Below are positions 27,602 to 41,077 of a stretch of 64,000 nucleotides of DNA, one piece after another. A program made the translations under genes and the position numbers. The stretch is from assembly GCA_033442325.1 (NCBI GenBank), contig JAWQFM010000007.1:2165638-2229637 (forward strand), given 5' to 3'. Origin of the DNA: Salpingoeca rosetta. Its lineage: Eukaryota > Protista > Choanoflagellata. The notes beneath the pieces are model-generated. The model was not told where the DNA came from and did no database searches. It worked only from the letters and a program-made list of their open reading frames with translations. How positions within the stretch are numbered: the stretch's first letter is position 1; each line of letters starts with the position of its first letter.

Positions 27602-27856
27602 TAAAGACACACACACACACACACAAATAAAGACACACACGCACATACACACACACACAAACAAAACCCACCCCATCTGGGTGTTCTGGCTTCTTTGTCT
27701 TGACGGGGACGGAGTAGAGCGCAGAGGGGTCTTCGATGGCGGATCCGTAGATGTCCATTCCTTCGTGCCGCCCACCAGCTGCTTGCGGCTGAACCAAGCG
27801 GTGCACAGTGGCGAAGATGAGCAGGTCGGCTGGGCGTGAGGGGATGATACAAGGCG

Positions 27857-27931
<75 letters not shown>

Positions 27932-30900
27932 TTAACACACCCATACACACAGACAAACAGACGGAAGCATCGTTGTTTCAGTACCACGTCGGCTTGCTGG
28001 TCGACGCTTGCGTAGATGCTGGATGTGTCCTGGCCACCGGCACGCGGCGCCTGCCCGATTGTAACCACAAACCGCAAACAACATCAACAGCACAAGAGGG
28101 CAGCGGTAATCGTGTGCCTCAAACGTGAGGTACAACCGGAACAGACATGAGCAGCAAGGGGATGCGCGACGTGCAAGAACAAAACATTGCAACGAAGGGC
28201 ACAAGTCCAAGACGAAAGACGAGAGATAATGGTTGAGACAAGTGGGGGGGGGGGCTGCCATTCGTAAAACGTACCCGGCCGTCTGGGCGAACGGACGAGT
28301 ACATGTTCTCGGATGCAGGCTTGTCAAGTTCCTCATACATGCCGCCGCCACCCATGCTCTGTTGTGGAGGGCGCACACGTACACGATGGAATGCGGGAAG
28401 GTGGGGGGGGGGGGAAGGGAGGGAGGTCAGGACATCACACAACACGCAAGGACAGCAGCGCAGGCAAGAGAGGGTTGTCACACTCAAAACCACAAACACA
28501 CAAAGGTAAACACGCACAAGCACACACAAACACACACAGAGGCAGACGCAGAGGTAAACATGCACAAGCGCACACACACAAACACAGACAAACAGACACA
28601 CACACACATACAAACAAACACACACACACACAAACACACACACAGACAGACAGACACAGACACACAGACACACACCGTCTGTTGGATGCGTGGCGTGTCT
28701 GCGTACTCGTATTGCACTTGTTCTTGTTGTTGTTGCTGCTGCTGCTGCTGGGAGGAGTTCTCGTAAAAGGGTCGCTGCCGGTCGAAGTTGTGGCTGCTGG
28801 TCATGGCAATCCTGTCCCCTGCCTTGTTCGACCCGCGCCGCTTGCGAGCGATGACGAGGCCAACCAGCGCGCTCACCAGGATGAGCCCAACCCCGACGCC
28901 TGCGCCGACAGGGAGGTAGTCTGTGCCGCTGCCGGATGTGGATGCGGTGCTGCCGCCGGTCGACTGCTGCGTGCCGCCGGGACACGTCTCGTCCGTCGCG
29001 GTGCACGTGCACCCGGCCGAGCACTGCTGGCACACGCGGTCCGAGGTGGCCGTGGGCGCAGCGCGCTCGTACGTGCCGCTGCTGCACGGGTTGTGGGGCA
29101 CGCAAGCCGGCTGGCGAGGGCCGATGCTGAAGTGGCCACCAGCGCACGGCTGGCACGCGCCGCCGACACGCTCCTCCCCGGGCGGACACCCAACGGGGAC
29201 GCACAGGCCCGCCACAAGGGTGGCACCGGCCTGGCAGGCAACCAGAGAGCAGGGGCCCGCGTGACCCACCACAAACTCGTTGCACAACACGCACGGAGTC
29301 GACGCATCGTAATCGTCGTCGGTGGTGTTGCCCGCGCACGCCACACACGTTGATGTTGAGCCCGTGGTCACAATCTCGCTGCCAGCATCGCACACGCGGC
29401 ACGCCGTGCTGGGGTCGCTATCGTGGTCGTACGTGCTGGAGGGGCAGGTGTACATGTCGCACGTGCCGTAGAAGCTGCCAGTGGTCGGGATCTCGTGTCC
29501 GGGCCCACAGCTGGTGCAGGTGCTGTCTGGGGCGAAGAAGTGCTCCTTGATCTCCCCGGCGGCGCACCCTTCCGGGACACACGTGACCGTATCCACCGTG
29601 TCGTTGATGAACCGCACGCACGGGCCCGCGCAGTCGCACGTGCGGATCTCGCTTGTGGTGCCGTTCACGGCACGCACCTCGTATTCGTTTGCGGCGAGTG
29701 GCACGCAGGCCTCTGCGTCGGCATCGTAGCGCATGCCCTGCTGGCACTGCCGGCACACGGCCGGGTTGGCCGGGTCCCGCATGGTGCCGTTGTCGCAGGG
29801 GAGCAGCGCGCTGCAGATGCGGTCGCTCGTTGCTGTCGGCGCCGTCAGCTCAAACTCAGCCTGCTCATCGCACGTGGTGACCGGCGTGCACTCCCGGTCC
29901 GAGGTGGCTGTGGGCGCCGCGCTCTCGTACTCGTCGTCCATGGTGCACGTGCGCGGTTGCATGCAGGCACCGGCAGTGGTGTTGAGGAACGTGCCCTGCT
30001 CGCACGCCGACGTGCACGTGCCGTCGAGGGCAAGGTAGGTGAACCCGTTTCCGCTGTACACGTGTGCATCCGCATACGCATCGGGAGAGGCGAGCGTGGC
30101 CGGGTTGAAGCACGCCGCGCACGTGACGCCGTCTTGCTTGCAGGCAACGCAGCCGGGGATGTCGCAGGGGCGAGCGGCAACGGCGGTGAAGCGAACGGCC
30201 GTCGGGGTGGCGGTGTTGCCGCAATCGATGGACTGAAGACGGAGGGCGGTGGTGCTGCTGTTGACGGCGATGTCCGCATACAGCGACGCATCCACGGTCC
30301 ACACGCGCGTCGTGTTCTCAAAGCGCAGCGCACACGAGGGGGTCCGGTCAACCATAAACTCGAGGTCAAGGTGCACCCGAATGCTGTAGTTGGGGTAAGG
30401 TGGGGGTTGGGAGAGGGCAGTGAGGGTATTGTGGCGGTCTTTACGAGTAGATGTGTGTGTGTGTTTGTGCGTGGTGTAAACGTCTCTTGTGTGTGGTGTG
30501 TGTTTGTGTGTGGCGTAAACGTCTCTTGTGTGTGGTGTGTGAATGTGCGCATGTACGCCTTTCATTGTGTCGGCATAGTTCTTTGAGTGTTCGTTTGTGT
30601 GTGCTTTGTGGATGTGTGATTGTTCACGACAGGGTCGTACGTTGCGTAGTTTGCGACGTCGATCAGCGGCGTTGCGTCTGGCTGCGCGTGGCAGAGGCAT
30701 GCAGTGGTGGCGGTGCTGATCCACTGCTCGCTGGCCAGGAACGCAACCGCTGCGGGCGCCGCCTCAGACACCTGATGCGGTGCAACGTACAGGCGGGTGA
30801 GCAGATGAGGGTGTGCTTTTTTTTTTTGGGGGGGGGGGGGGGAGGGGTTGTGCAACTGGGAAGAGCAACTGGGAAGAGAAAGGGGTATGGGCGCAAAATG

Positions 30901-31004
30901 GGAGCCAACAGACACGCATAGACACAAAGCAGACGCACACGCACACACACGGATACAAGCATTTGCACACACACACACACACGCACACGCACGCACACAC
31001 ATGT

Positions 31005-31050
<46 letters not shown>

Positions 31051-31672
31051 CGCAATGGCTCTGCCAGCTGGGGAGTAGAAGGTGACGCTCTGTGTTGTGT
31101 TGGCGCCTGTGAGGATCATGTTGTTCCTGAACTGCACGTGGACCTCGTCGGCGGTCGCAGGCGCGCCTGTATCCAGATCAATGCGTTCGTTGATAAAGTC
31201 GTTGACGCTGCTGACTTGCACCGCTACCAGCACAGATGTGCTTGGCCGCAGCGACACGGGGCACGCGCGGCTCCCTGTCAGACGAGGGGAAGGAAGAAAG
31301 GGGAGGGGCATGTGTTTGTGCCAGATGGAGGGACAGAGGAGCAAAGGCGCAGAGGGGCAGAGGGGCAGAGAGAGAGAGAGACAGGAACAAGAACAACAAG
31401 AACAACAAGGACAACAAGAACAAGAACAGGAACAAGAGCAAGAACAACAAGAACAACAAGAACAACAAGAACAACAAGAACAACAAGAACAACAAGAACA
31501 ACAAGAACAACAAGAACAACAACAACGACGACGACGATGACGACGACGACGACGACAGAAGCAGCAGCGACCGCGTACATTCGCAGGCGGAGTCCTGAGC
31601 GGTGACAGCTGAGGTGAGTCCGAGGATGACGGCGGCAATCGACGCCACCGTCGCGAAAGCACTCAACCGCAT
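27112..31672 (-). CDS. Type I receptor-like protein: Cys-rich (TNFR/GCC-like) ectodomain, TM, non-catalytic multi-tyrosine tail (spliced)
   Basis: Signal peptide [25 protein letters not shown]. Large exon about 28676-30385 has repeated PTATSDRxC and CxxCxxG motifs and the TM segment [25 protein letters not shown]. Four further tail exons end in EYQNVDEFA*. Confidence 0.85.
31385..31556. repeat. (GAACAACAA)n followed by (GAC)n tandem repeat
   Basis: 9-bp unit array in intron 1 of the Cys-rich receptor gene. Confidence 0.9.
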
Positions 31673-32313
31673 CACTGATGAGCGTTGGGACTTGCTGTTC
31701 GCCTGCCACAACGTGATGAAGACAAGCCCAAGAACAAGAGCAAGAATCACAGGAAGCAGAAGGCAAGGGACAATAAACAAGAGAAGGACACAAAAGGCAT
31801 GGTGTCCGCAAGTGTGAGCGAAGCGAGGGTGATGCACAACGTGTGTTTGTACACACAAGAAGGGAAGAGGTAACAGACCACAATCAACACAGTCACACGC
31901 ACATGGCGAATATCCAATGACACAATACACAAGACTCCGCCAAACACATGACGGCGGATCGTGATTTGGCCACGCTACAGGCAAAACACACCTAGCATGT
32001 GAGGACAAAACAACACACACCCAACAATCCACACCAAATAGCACACACCAAACAACACCCAACCGCTCATACACACAGCGATCACAACAGCGCCATACAC
32101 ATAGCATTCACACACCTTTGTGTGCGTGCTTCCAGCTCAACTGCAGCAGGACGAACAGCGACAACACGCGCGGCCACAAGAAGCGGAAGAGGAAGGGGCG
32201 TGTTGTTGTGCGGCGGCGGTAGGCGCTGTCGAGTTGGATGCGCGTTGGTGAGGCGACAGCATAAAATGTAGCGACGACTGCCAACACCGCCAACAACGAC
32301 TGTCACACCTTCA

Positions 32314-32427
<114 letters not shown>

Positions 32428-32452
32428 ACACAGACACAGACAGACACACGGG

Positions 32453-33047
32453 ATGTTTCGGCAGATCCTGATTGCGCGAGCGGACGATGGGTTGCCGTTG
32501 GCAGAGAGCTTGGAGGAGGATCCCTCCCTGCGCCCATTCAAGGTGCAGGCAAAGAAGATCCTGAGGAAAATCACACAGCCAAGCAACCCACAGCGATGCA
32601 CCATCGACACCAACTCGCCGTTTGTTTTCCAGTGAGTCGGCCGTTATCCGTGTTGTCGTCCTCAAGCGTGCGCATGCGCGTGTGGAGCTTGGAGGAGGAT
32701 GGGAAAGAGTGTGCATGTTTGAATGTGTATGGAGCTGGGGGATGAGAGAGTGAGTGCGGGTGTAAATGTAAGAGATTGTGTGTAGAAGAGAGAGAGAGAG
32801 TGTGTGTGTGTGCGTGCGTGCGTGCGTGTGTGTGCTCGTGCGAGTGAGAATGTTGTTGTGGCTGTGGGGAAGTAACCTCAAGTGCACAACGAAGACCATC
32901 CACACCTTCTCAAACCCACGGGCATGCCACTTGCCTTTGACAACAGCTACTATGTTGAGAATGGCGTGTGCTACATGGTGCTTTGTGACAAAGACTTTTC
33001 AAAGAAGATGGCATTTGCCTTTCTGGAGACACTTCACAAAGAGTTTG

Positions 33048-33117
<70 letters not shown>

Positions 33118-34345
33118 ACGTACATGATTGCGCATGCGTATCCTGCGTCCGCTTTTTTTTTTTGGCCAAGTGTGCCCTTGCACGTGTAGACACGTACTCG
33201 TGTGCTCGTACGTGCATCTGCGTTTGCCCAACCTGTTGTTGGCCCCTTCTCTCAAACGGACGCCTTCGCTGCCTTGGTTTACGCCACGCTCATGTGTTCA
33301 CGTTCTTGTGCGGTGTTCAGGAGGAATATGGTGCGCAAGTGGCGACGGCAACGCGTCCATACAAGTTCATCGGATTTGGTATGAGGGTCCGACTATGATG
33401 TACACATACACAAGTGTGTGTGTGTGTGTGCATGTGCCGTGGCGGGACGTTTGTGCATCATCTCCACCGTCTGCACTGGCACTGACGTGTCTCCTTTGCG
33501 GGTAATGACAGAATCTCGGATGCAGAAGCTGCGGCGGTCGTATGAGGACTCAAGAACAGCGCACCGCAACCTCGCGCGCATCAACAACGAACTCCAAGAT
33601 GTCCAGGTCAGTCAGCGCGTGCATGCATTTTATGTGTGGATGTGTGTGCGGAAGTGTGTGTGTGTGTGTGTGGATGTGTGTGTGTGTGTGTGTGCAGATG
33701 AGCATGTGCGTGTATGGAGATGTGCATGCATGTGTGTGTGCTTCAAATGGATGCCATTGCAAGCCATTGCCATTCATTCCTCGCACCGCCTCCGTCTGCC
33801 GTGTTGTCCCGATGCCGACTGTGACATCGTGTGCATCAGCGCATCATGCGTCGCAACATCGACGAAGTTCTGGACAGGGGCGAGCGGCTCGATGGTCCGT
33901 CTGATGTGTGCGCGCATACGTGTGTGTTTGTATGTCTGTATGTATGTATGTCTGTATGTATGTATGTATGTATGTATGTATGTATGTATGTATGTATGTA
34001 TGTATGTATGTATGTATGTATGTATGTATGTATGTATGTATGTATGTATGCATGCATGTCTGTATGTATGTATGTATGCATGTATGTCTGTATGTATGTG
34101 TGTTGCTTGGTGAGGTGGGACAAGCACTGAACGGTGACACCACTTGGGCACGCATCACCTCAGCTGTGTCGCTTCCGCAACTCATATTCATGTGCATGTG
34201 CGGTTGCGAGTGCAGATTTGTCTGACAGGGCGGACTCGCTCAAGGGGAAATCGCAGAAGTACCGCCGGGTACGTTGCGCTGCGTGGTCGTTCGTTTGCAC
34301 GCTTGCACTGTCATGTCAACACACACACCATGTGGTTTACACCTC

Positions 34346-34381
<36 letters not shown>

Positions 34382-34572
34382 ACATGTGTTTTGCACCTCC
34401 TAACACCACCACCACCACCATGACCGCCATCTCCACACCCCCCCCCCTCATCTTCGTCTCGTGCCAGTCTGCGGAGGAGCTCAAGTGGCGGGCACTGATG
34501 GCGAAGCTTTGGCCCGTCATCGCCGTCGCTGTCGTTGTTCTCGTCTTCCTCTACTTCTACTTTGCATGGTGA
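32453..34572 (+). CDS. SEC22: Vesicle-trafficking longin R-SNARE SEC22 (spliced)
   Basis: Longin domain LIARADDGLPLAES, VCYMVLCDKDFSKKMAFAFLE, RPYKFIGF. SNARE motif INNELQDVQRIMRRNIDEVLDRGERLD. C-terminal TM helix. Confidence 0.96.
33930..34098. repeat. (TATG)n tetranucleotide microsatellite
   Basis: Long, mostly perfect run in a SEC22 intron. Confidence 0.95.
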
Positions 34573-34996
34573 TCCATCGCTTCCTGTCTCCTCATGACCA
34601 TGTGGTGGTGGTGGTGCTGGTGGTGGGCGAGATGTGCCGTGTGTAGCGGTGTGGGTGGGCTGCACACATATGGCTGTTAGGGCCGAGTCTGGTACATGTT
34701 ATATCTCTCTCTCTTTTCTCTTTTCGATTGTGTTGATGGTGGTGGTGGTGGCGGCGGTGACTGTACACACGTGGAACACAAGATACGTGGGGGGGGGGTG
34801 CGTTCAACCCTCAAAAAAGGCGAGGTGGCTGACTTCATGCAGCGAGTGGCTTGTTGTTGCTTCCGTCTGTCTGTATTGGCTGACGAGAGCACGCAACACA
34901 GAGATGGGTAGACAAAGCAGAGAACCACGAGAAGAACCAAAGCAAAGCAGAGCAGAGTAGAGAGCAGGGCAGACAATGGATGCTTATGTGCATAAG

Positions 34997-35034
<38 letters not shown>

Positions 35035-35057
35035 TAGTGAGCAAGGTAAGATGCAAG

Positions 35058-35275
35058 TTAGCGAGCACCCTGCTTTCTGAGGGTGTTGTCGTCCTTGCAG
35101 TGCTCCTTTCCGCGTTTCCTCCAGTGGTACTTGTCTGATGCGTCAAAGTCTGCAGAGGTCTTGGGCGCTTCCGCCAGTGACCACAGCCATTCCGGGTACT
35201 GTGTCGTGCAGAAAGGTAAAGAGGGCGGGGGAGGGAGGGAGAAGACGAGCATGGGTGGGATTGTGAGGGTCAGCC

Positions 35276-35368
<93 letters not shown>

Positions 35369-35603
35369 ACGCTTCTCTTGGAGTAAAGAAGGGCACCTGG
35401 TCGTCGGGCTTCAGCTCTGGATCCTCGCCTCCTTCGTTGATGTTGGCGCCGGGGCACGTGGTAGGCAACGCTGCACACAGAACAAGGGAGAACGAAGTGC
35501 AAAGAGGTGGGGTGTGAGATTGAATGAAAACAAGAGACAAGGGGAAATGTACACAGGCAGAACGCACGACAATGAGAGGGGCGCAGGGATGTTGCGGCCT
35601 TGT

Positions 35604-35694
<91 letters not shown>

Positions 35695-35876
35695 CAGAGA
35701 GAGAGAGACAGACACAGAGAGAGAGAGACAGACACAGAGAGAGAGAGACAGACAGAAACAGAGAGAGAGATACACAGACAGAAACAGAGAGAGAGATACA
35801 CAGACAGAAACAGAGAGAGAGATACACAGACAGACAGACACAGACACACACATAGAGACAGACAGACAGACAGACA

Positions 35877-35909
<33 letters not shown>

Positions 35910-36073
35910 CAGACACACACATAGAGACAGACAGACAGACACACACACACGCACACACGCACACACACACACACACACTGCTGACCTTTGGCAGCCATTG
36001 TCCTGCGGGCGTGCTGCCAGAGCAACGGGCGAGCAAGGGTCACCCGCATCCGCCTCAGCAACATCATCGCCAT
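35058..36073 (-). CDS. MRPL54: Mitochondrial large-subunit ribosomal protein mL54 (yeast MRPL37) (spliced)
   Basis: Arg-rich presequence [16 protein letters not shown]. Family motif [28 protein letters not shown], then KYHWRK. Confidence 0.88.
35606..35977. repeat. Compound (GA)n/(GACA)n/(CA)n microsatellite
   Basis: Fills most of intron 1 of mL54. Confidence 0.9.
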
Positions 36074-36264
36074 CGTCTTGTCTCTCGTCTTGAACGCAAA
36101 ATCGCACACAAACAAAAAGACGTGTGCACGTGTTGCTGCTTGCTGTGGACCTGTGTTCTCTGCTCGACGTGGTTGTGGCTCTCCTCCCATCTCTCTCTCT
36201 CTCTCCCTCCTCCCATCTCCCTTTCCTCGCCTTCTCGTCGGTCCACCTAGCCAAGCTATACATC
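36074..36264. promoter_or_regulatory. Probable bidirectional promoter between mL54 and RPA49
   Basis: Head-to-head start codons only about 190 bp apart, with a CT-rich tract between them. Confidence 0.55.
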
Positions 36265-36798
36265 ATGGCTGACGCTGTGAAAGTGAAAGTGGACACCAAA
36301 GTGCCGTCCACCCCACTGCGTGAGTGATGCGCACGTGTGAAGGTTGAGTGTGATGTGATGTGTGGATGTGTGTGGATGTGTGATGTGTGTGTGTGTGTGT
36401 GCATATGTGTGTGTATGTGTGTGTGTGTGTGTGTGTTTGTGTGTGTGTGGTGCAGTTCCACAACTTCACAACTGCATCACTTCACAAGTCCACGCTCAAC
36501 CCATTGGCTTCTCTCCCTCCCCTCCCCCCTGCACCTCCTTTCTGGAATCACAGTGCAATTCAAGCACGCAGACCTGAATGTCAAGAGCGCCAACAAGCAG
36601 CTCCTCTTCACATCGGTGCGTTGCATGTGTGTGCAGGTGATGGACGCCCGCCTTGCGTTTGGATATGCCTACGCTCTCCGCACTCATGCCTCTTCTGCTC
36701 TTGTTGCTCACCCGTGCTCTGCTTGCACCTGGTCTAGCGCCGCAACTATGGCAAATCCTCATCAAGCAACGAACCCCTCGAAGTGGTACGACGCCAGC

Positions 36799-36852
<54 letters not shown>

Positions 36853-36990
36853 GCCGTTTGTTGTTCACTACTGCTTGACAAACGTTTATTCGCTGCAGCG
36901 CGCACACGCCGACGCCATTGACTACGTGTCCATGCCAAGCTCGCGATACACAAAGTAAGCGGGCCTTCATTTGCTGAGTGCGATTCCTGC

Positions 36991-37030
<40 letters not shown>

Positions 37031-37628
37031 TCTGTGCTTCTTGTGTCACAGCTCATATGCAGCATGCCCGTTTGTTGTGTGCACAGCTACATGGTCGGGG
37101 TACGAAAAGCCGGCACAAACGAACTGCAGCTTATCCCAGCAACGCTTCTTGAAATGACTCCACGCCTCTCCAGTAAGGCCCGCGTGTCTACGTGTGTGCG
37201 CGCGTGCGTGCGTGTGTGTGCATTTGTGTGCATTTTTGTGCGCCTTTGTGATGTTGTGCCGTGCTGTATGTGTGGCCGATGCTGGTGAGTGTGATTTGTA
37301 CTCGGGTGATTGGCCTACATTTTGACCGCCCTCGTCCTCCTCCATATGCCCCTCACATGCACGAATCACATGTGCTTATCCGTCCCCGTTTGTGTCATGC
37401 ACGTGCTTGCCCCTGCGTGGCGCCAACGCCCTGCAGCTGAGGCGAACCAGGCGCGAAACCCGACGCTGGACACTCCGGAGAAGCGGCAGCAGGCCCGCGC
37501 ACATCTTGTCGAGTCGTTTGGTGGCAAGAAGCAGAAGCGCGTCCTGCACTCCCGTACACGATACATGTACGTGTGTATGTGTGACACCGGCGCATGCAGC
37601 GTGACACGTACACAGACACACTTGCACA

Positions 37629-37715
<87 letters not shown>

Positions 37716-38372
37716 GCGCGCGCATACAGATGCACACCTCGCCAAGCGTCACACTCACGCGTGCGTCTCCATGTGCAGGCTCTCTGACGAAGCGCTGGAG
37801 ACTGTGGCGTCGACCATGGCCGATGCAGTGACGCCCGGCAGCAGCAGCAGCAGCAGCAGCAGCGCCGATGGCGATGATGGTGGCGATGTGGAGGGCGGGA
37901 AAGGTCGCATGCTTCCACCGAACAACCTCAAGTCCAAGGATGCAGCAGGGGTGTACCCGCTCGATGGACGTAAGCGAGCCGCTCATGCTTGTCTGTGCTG
38001 GTGTGTCATGTGGTGTGCTTGTAATGTTTTGGTGCCTTGTGTTTAATCTGCTGTGTTGCAATGGCTGGTGTGTGTGTGTGTGTGTGTTTTGTGGCATACT
38101 TGTCGTTTATGCCGCGTGTCGCTTCATGCCATCGACTTGCTTGCACGTGCGTGTGTGCTCTGCAGTTGTGCTGTCCAACGAGCGTGCTGCCCTCAAGGGC
38201 ATGTATCCATCTTTCCACAAGGTGAGAACACGGCCATTTGACTAGCGGAGCTTTTGCTGCTGGGTGGTGGTCTCATGTTGCCCCACTTTGGGTGTTGTTT
38301 ACGCCTCATTTGCTGCTGTTGCTTGCTGTTGCTCGTCACTTTCTCACGCAACTACTGCCTCTGCGTACACAA

Positions 38373-38454
<82 letters not shown>

Positions 38455-39216
38455 GCGCACACACATACGCGCGCGCGCACGCGCACACACATACGCGCGC
38501 GCGCACATACACAATCACACCCACAATCACACAATCTCTGTGCACCACCAGCCAAAGGAGGAAGAGCTTACTGCCTGGCGCGGGCAGAACAGGTTCATGC
38601 CGTTTGTCATCGACGTCCTCGAACGCGACATCATGATTTCCGCAAAGGGCAAGCAGCGCGAGGCCAGGGTGAGACGCATGGTGGTGGTGGTGGTGGTGAT
38701 GGTGGTTGTGCTGCGCTTGATGGTACCTGGCAGTTCGTTGCAACGAGGTTTTTGTTCTGTCACGTCACTATAACATCCCCCGATCCCCTTGGTGTTCGTG
38801 CGTGCTCGGTGCAGATCCTCGCCCTGAAGTATCTCGCTGAGCTGCTCAAGTTCCACAACTGCGCCGTCGTGCGCCGCCTCCCGCGCAAACGCAGCGACCT
38901 CGTCAAGACCCTCAAGGTCGCACACCTGTGTGTGTGTGTGTGTTTGTGTTTGTGTATGTGTATGTGTGTGTGTGTGTTTGTGTTTGTGTTTGTGTGTGTG
39001 GTTCTTTGCACGTGCTTCATGTTTTCCAGCTGTCTTTTCACACACACACACCCTCCCATTGCCCTTGCATGTGGTCTGCTCACACCTGCGCTTGCATCCA
39101 ACTGCACAGAGCACACCCGATGCTGTCATTGACGGGTTCATCAACAAATTCCTCATTGACACCGACGACTCGTCGTCCTCTCCAAAGTGCGCACACGCAG
39201 AGGTGTTGCTGTGCGA

Positions 39217-39248
<32 letters not shown>

Positions 39249-40009
39249 TGCTGTGTGATGCTGTGTGATGCTGTGTGTATGATTGTTTGTGTGTTTGTGT
39301 GTTTGTGTGTGTGTGTGTGCGTGTGCGTGTGCGTGTGCGTGTGCGTGCGCGTGTGCGTATGTTCGTGTTGGTGCGGTGTTGGTGGTCCTGCTGCACCTTG
39401 GTTGTGCTGCGCCTTGGTTGTGCTGCCCTCACGGTGTTTGGGGTCTTGCGGCTTGTGAATGGCGCAGGTTGTTCCTGAGCAAACAGAAGCAGCACTTGCT
39501 TCTCATGTACATCCTCACTATTGCTCTCCACGCCTGCAAATACAAGTTTGTACTTGCCTTGCCTTGTGTGTGTGTCGGGTGCAACTTGGCTGCTTCGTGC
39601 TTTGTCTGATACTGCTGTGTCTCGACTGGGGAAACAATCCTTTTTCTGGCGTGTTGCCTCGCTTGCCGCATTGTCTGTGTGCTGTGCCGTGTGTCATTCC
39701 ACTGCTTTGGTTGCTCATATCGGTTGTTGGCGTGCAGGAATCTGCCCCTGGACGCCTTTGCAACGGAGCTCAAGACACCCCTCAAAGAGTGCGTTGGTTG
39801 TACCTTGTGCGTCGTGCGTTGAGTGTGTGTGTGTGTTTGCGTGTGGTGTGTGGTGGTGTGTGGTGTGTGAGTGTGTGTGCGTGGTGTGTGCGTGGTGTGT
39901 GCGTGGTGTGTGTGTGTTTGTGTATGTGCTTGCACGTTGGCATAGGCATGAGTGTATGTGGGTGCGTATCGCTGTCCCGAGCGTATTAGCTGCAACTGCT
40001 CCCCTCAAA

Positions 40010-40089
<80 letters not shown>

Positions 40090-40454
40090 GTCCTCGTTCG
40101 CTCATGCCATGACACGACGGATGATCTCACAGGGTTGAGAATGTTGCGCGTGCGCTCGGGTGCATCGTGAAGAAGTCAACCACATCCGTTGATTTCGAGG
40201 ACAGTGAAGGCAATCCATCAAAGAGGTGCGCTGCGCAATACATTGGTGTGGGTTGGTTTGCCTTGGATTGGATGGTGCTGTGCTGTGTTGGATTGGATGG
40301 TGCTGTGCTGTGTTGGATTGGATTGTGTTGGTTTGTCTTCGTTGGGACTCATTGTATCCCGTTTCGGCACGATTTGTGCAGGGCAAAGACCAACACGCTG
40401 ATTTCGCTCAAGCTGCCGCTGGTGTTCCGCACGCGCCGCGGCCGCGCCAAGTGA
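36265..40454 (+). CDS. RPA49: RNA polymerase I subunit A49 / PAF53 (spliced)
   Basis: YMVGV, ARAHLVESFGGKKQKR, LPPNNLKSKDAAGVYPLD, TPDAVIDGFINKF, LLLMYILTIALH, ARALGC, and C-terminal SLKLPLVFRTRRGRAK*. Confidence 0.9.
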
Positions 40455-40525
40455 CGCCGACCGCTGTAGTTCGTTCGACATGCACCGTGATCTTGGTGAT
40501 GGTCGTGGGGGAGGATGCTGTTGCT

Positions 40526-40652
40526 GAAGAAGAAGAAGAAGAAGAAGAAGAAGAAGAAGAAGAAGAAGAAGAAGAAGAAGAAGAAGAAGAAGAAGAAGAA
40601 GAAGAAGAAGAAGAAGAAGAAGAAGAAGAAGAAGAAGAAGAAGAAGAAGAAG
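40526..40652. repeat. (GAA)n trinucleotide repeat, about 42 units
   Basis: Perfect run about 70 bp downstream of the RPA49 stop codon. Confidence 0.95.
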
Positions 40653-40783
40653 AGGGAAAAGAAGTCGACGAGGATGAGGAGGAGGAGGAGGAGGAGGAGA
40701 ATGGTGGTGGTGATGTGGCTGTACGCTTCATAAAAGCATGCACGGATGTGATGTCAATTGCGCTCTGCCGTCACGCACACGCA

Positions 40784-40822
<39 letters not shown>

Positions 40823-40827
40823 ACACA

Positions 40828-40908
<81 letters not shown>

Positions 40909-41077
40909 CACACACACACACACACACACAACATGACAAAACGGAGCCAATTCTGATGAACCTGAAATAAGGGTCCAGTTTCCACCACCCAATACAGCCA
41001 AGCAGCAAGAAGCGAGGAAGCAAAACACTCACACGCCAACAAACCCACCTGACCCAGACACAACAAGCAAGGGAACG

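Noticed and set aside
29423-30586. 387-aa plus-strand ORF (also 9625-10404 and 40754-41818)
   Set aside because: These are antisense shadows of GC-rich real exons on the opposite strand.
31178-32107. Hydrophobic LFLLFL ORF resembling a multi-pass membrane protein
   Set aside because: It is read-through into the intronic 9-bp repeat; only the signal-peptide exon (about 31581-31672) is credible.
40226-40936. Poly-E and poly-K ORFs
   Set aside because: They are produced by the (GAA)n repeat downstream of the RPA49 stop, with no domain or splice support.
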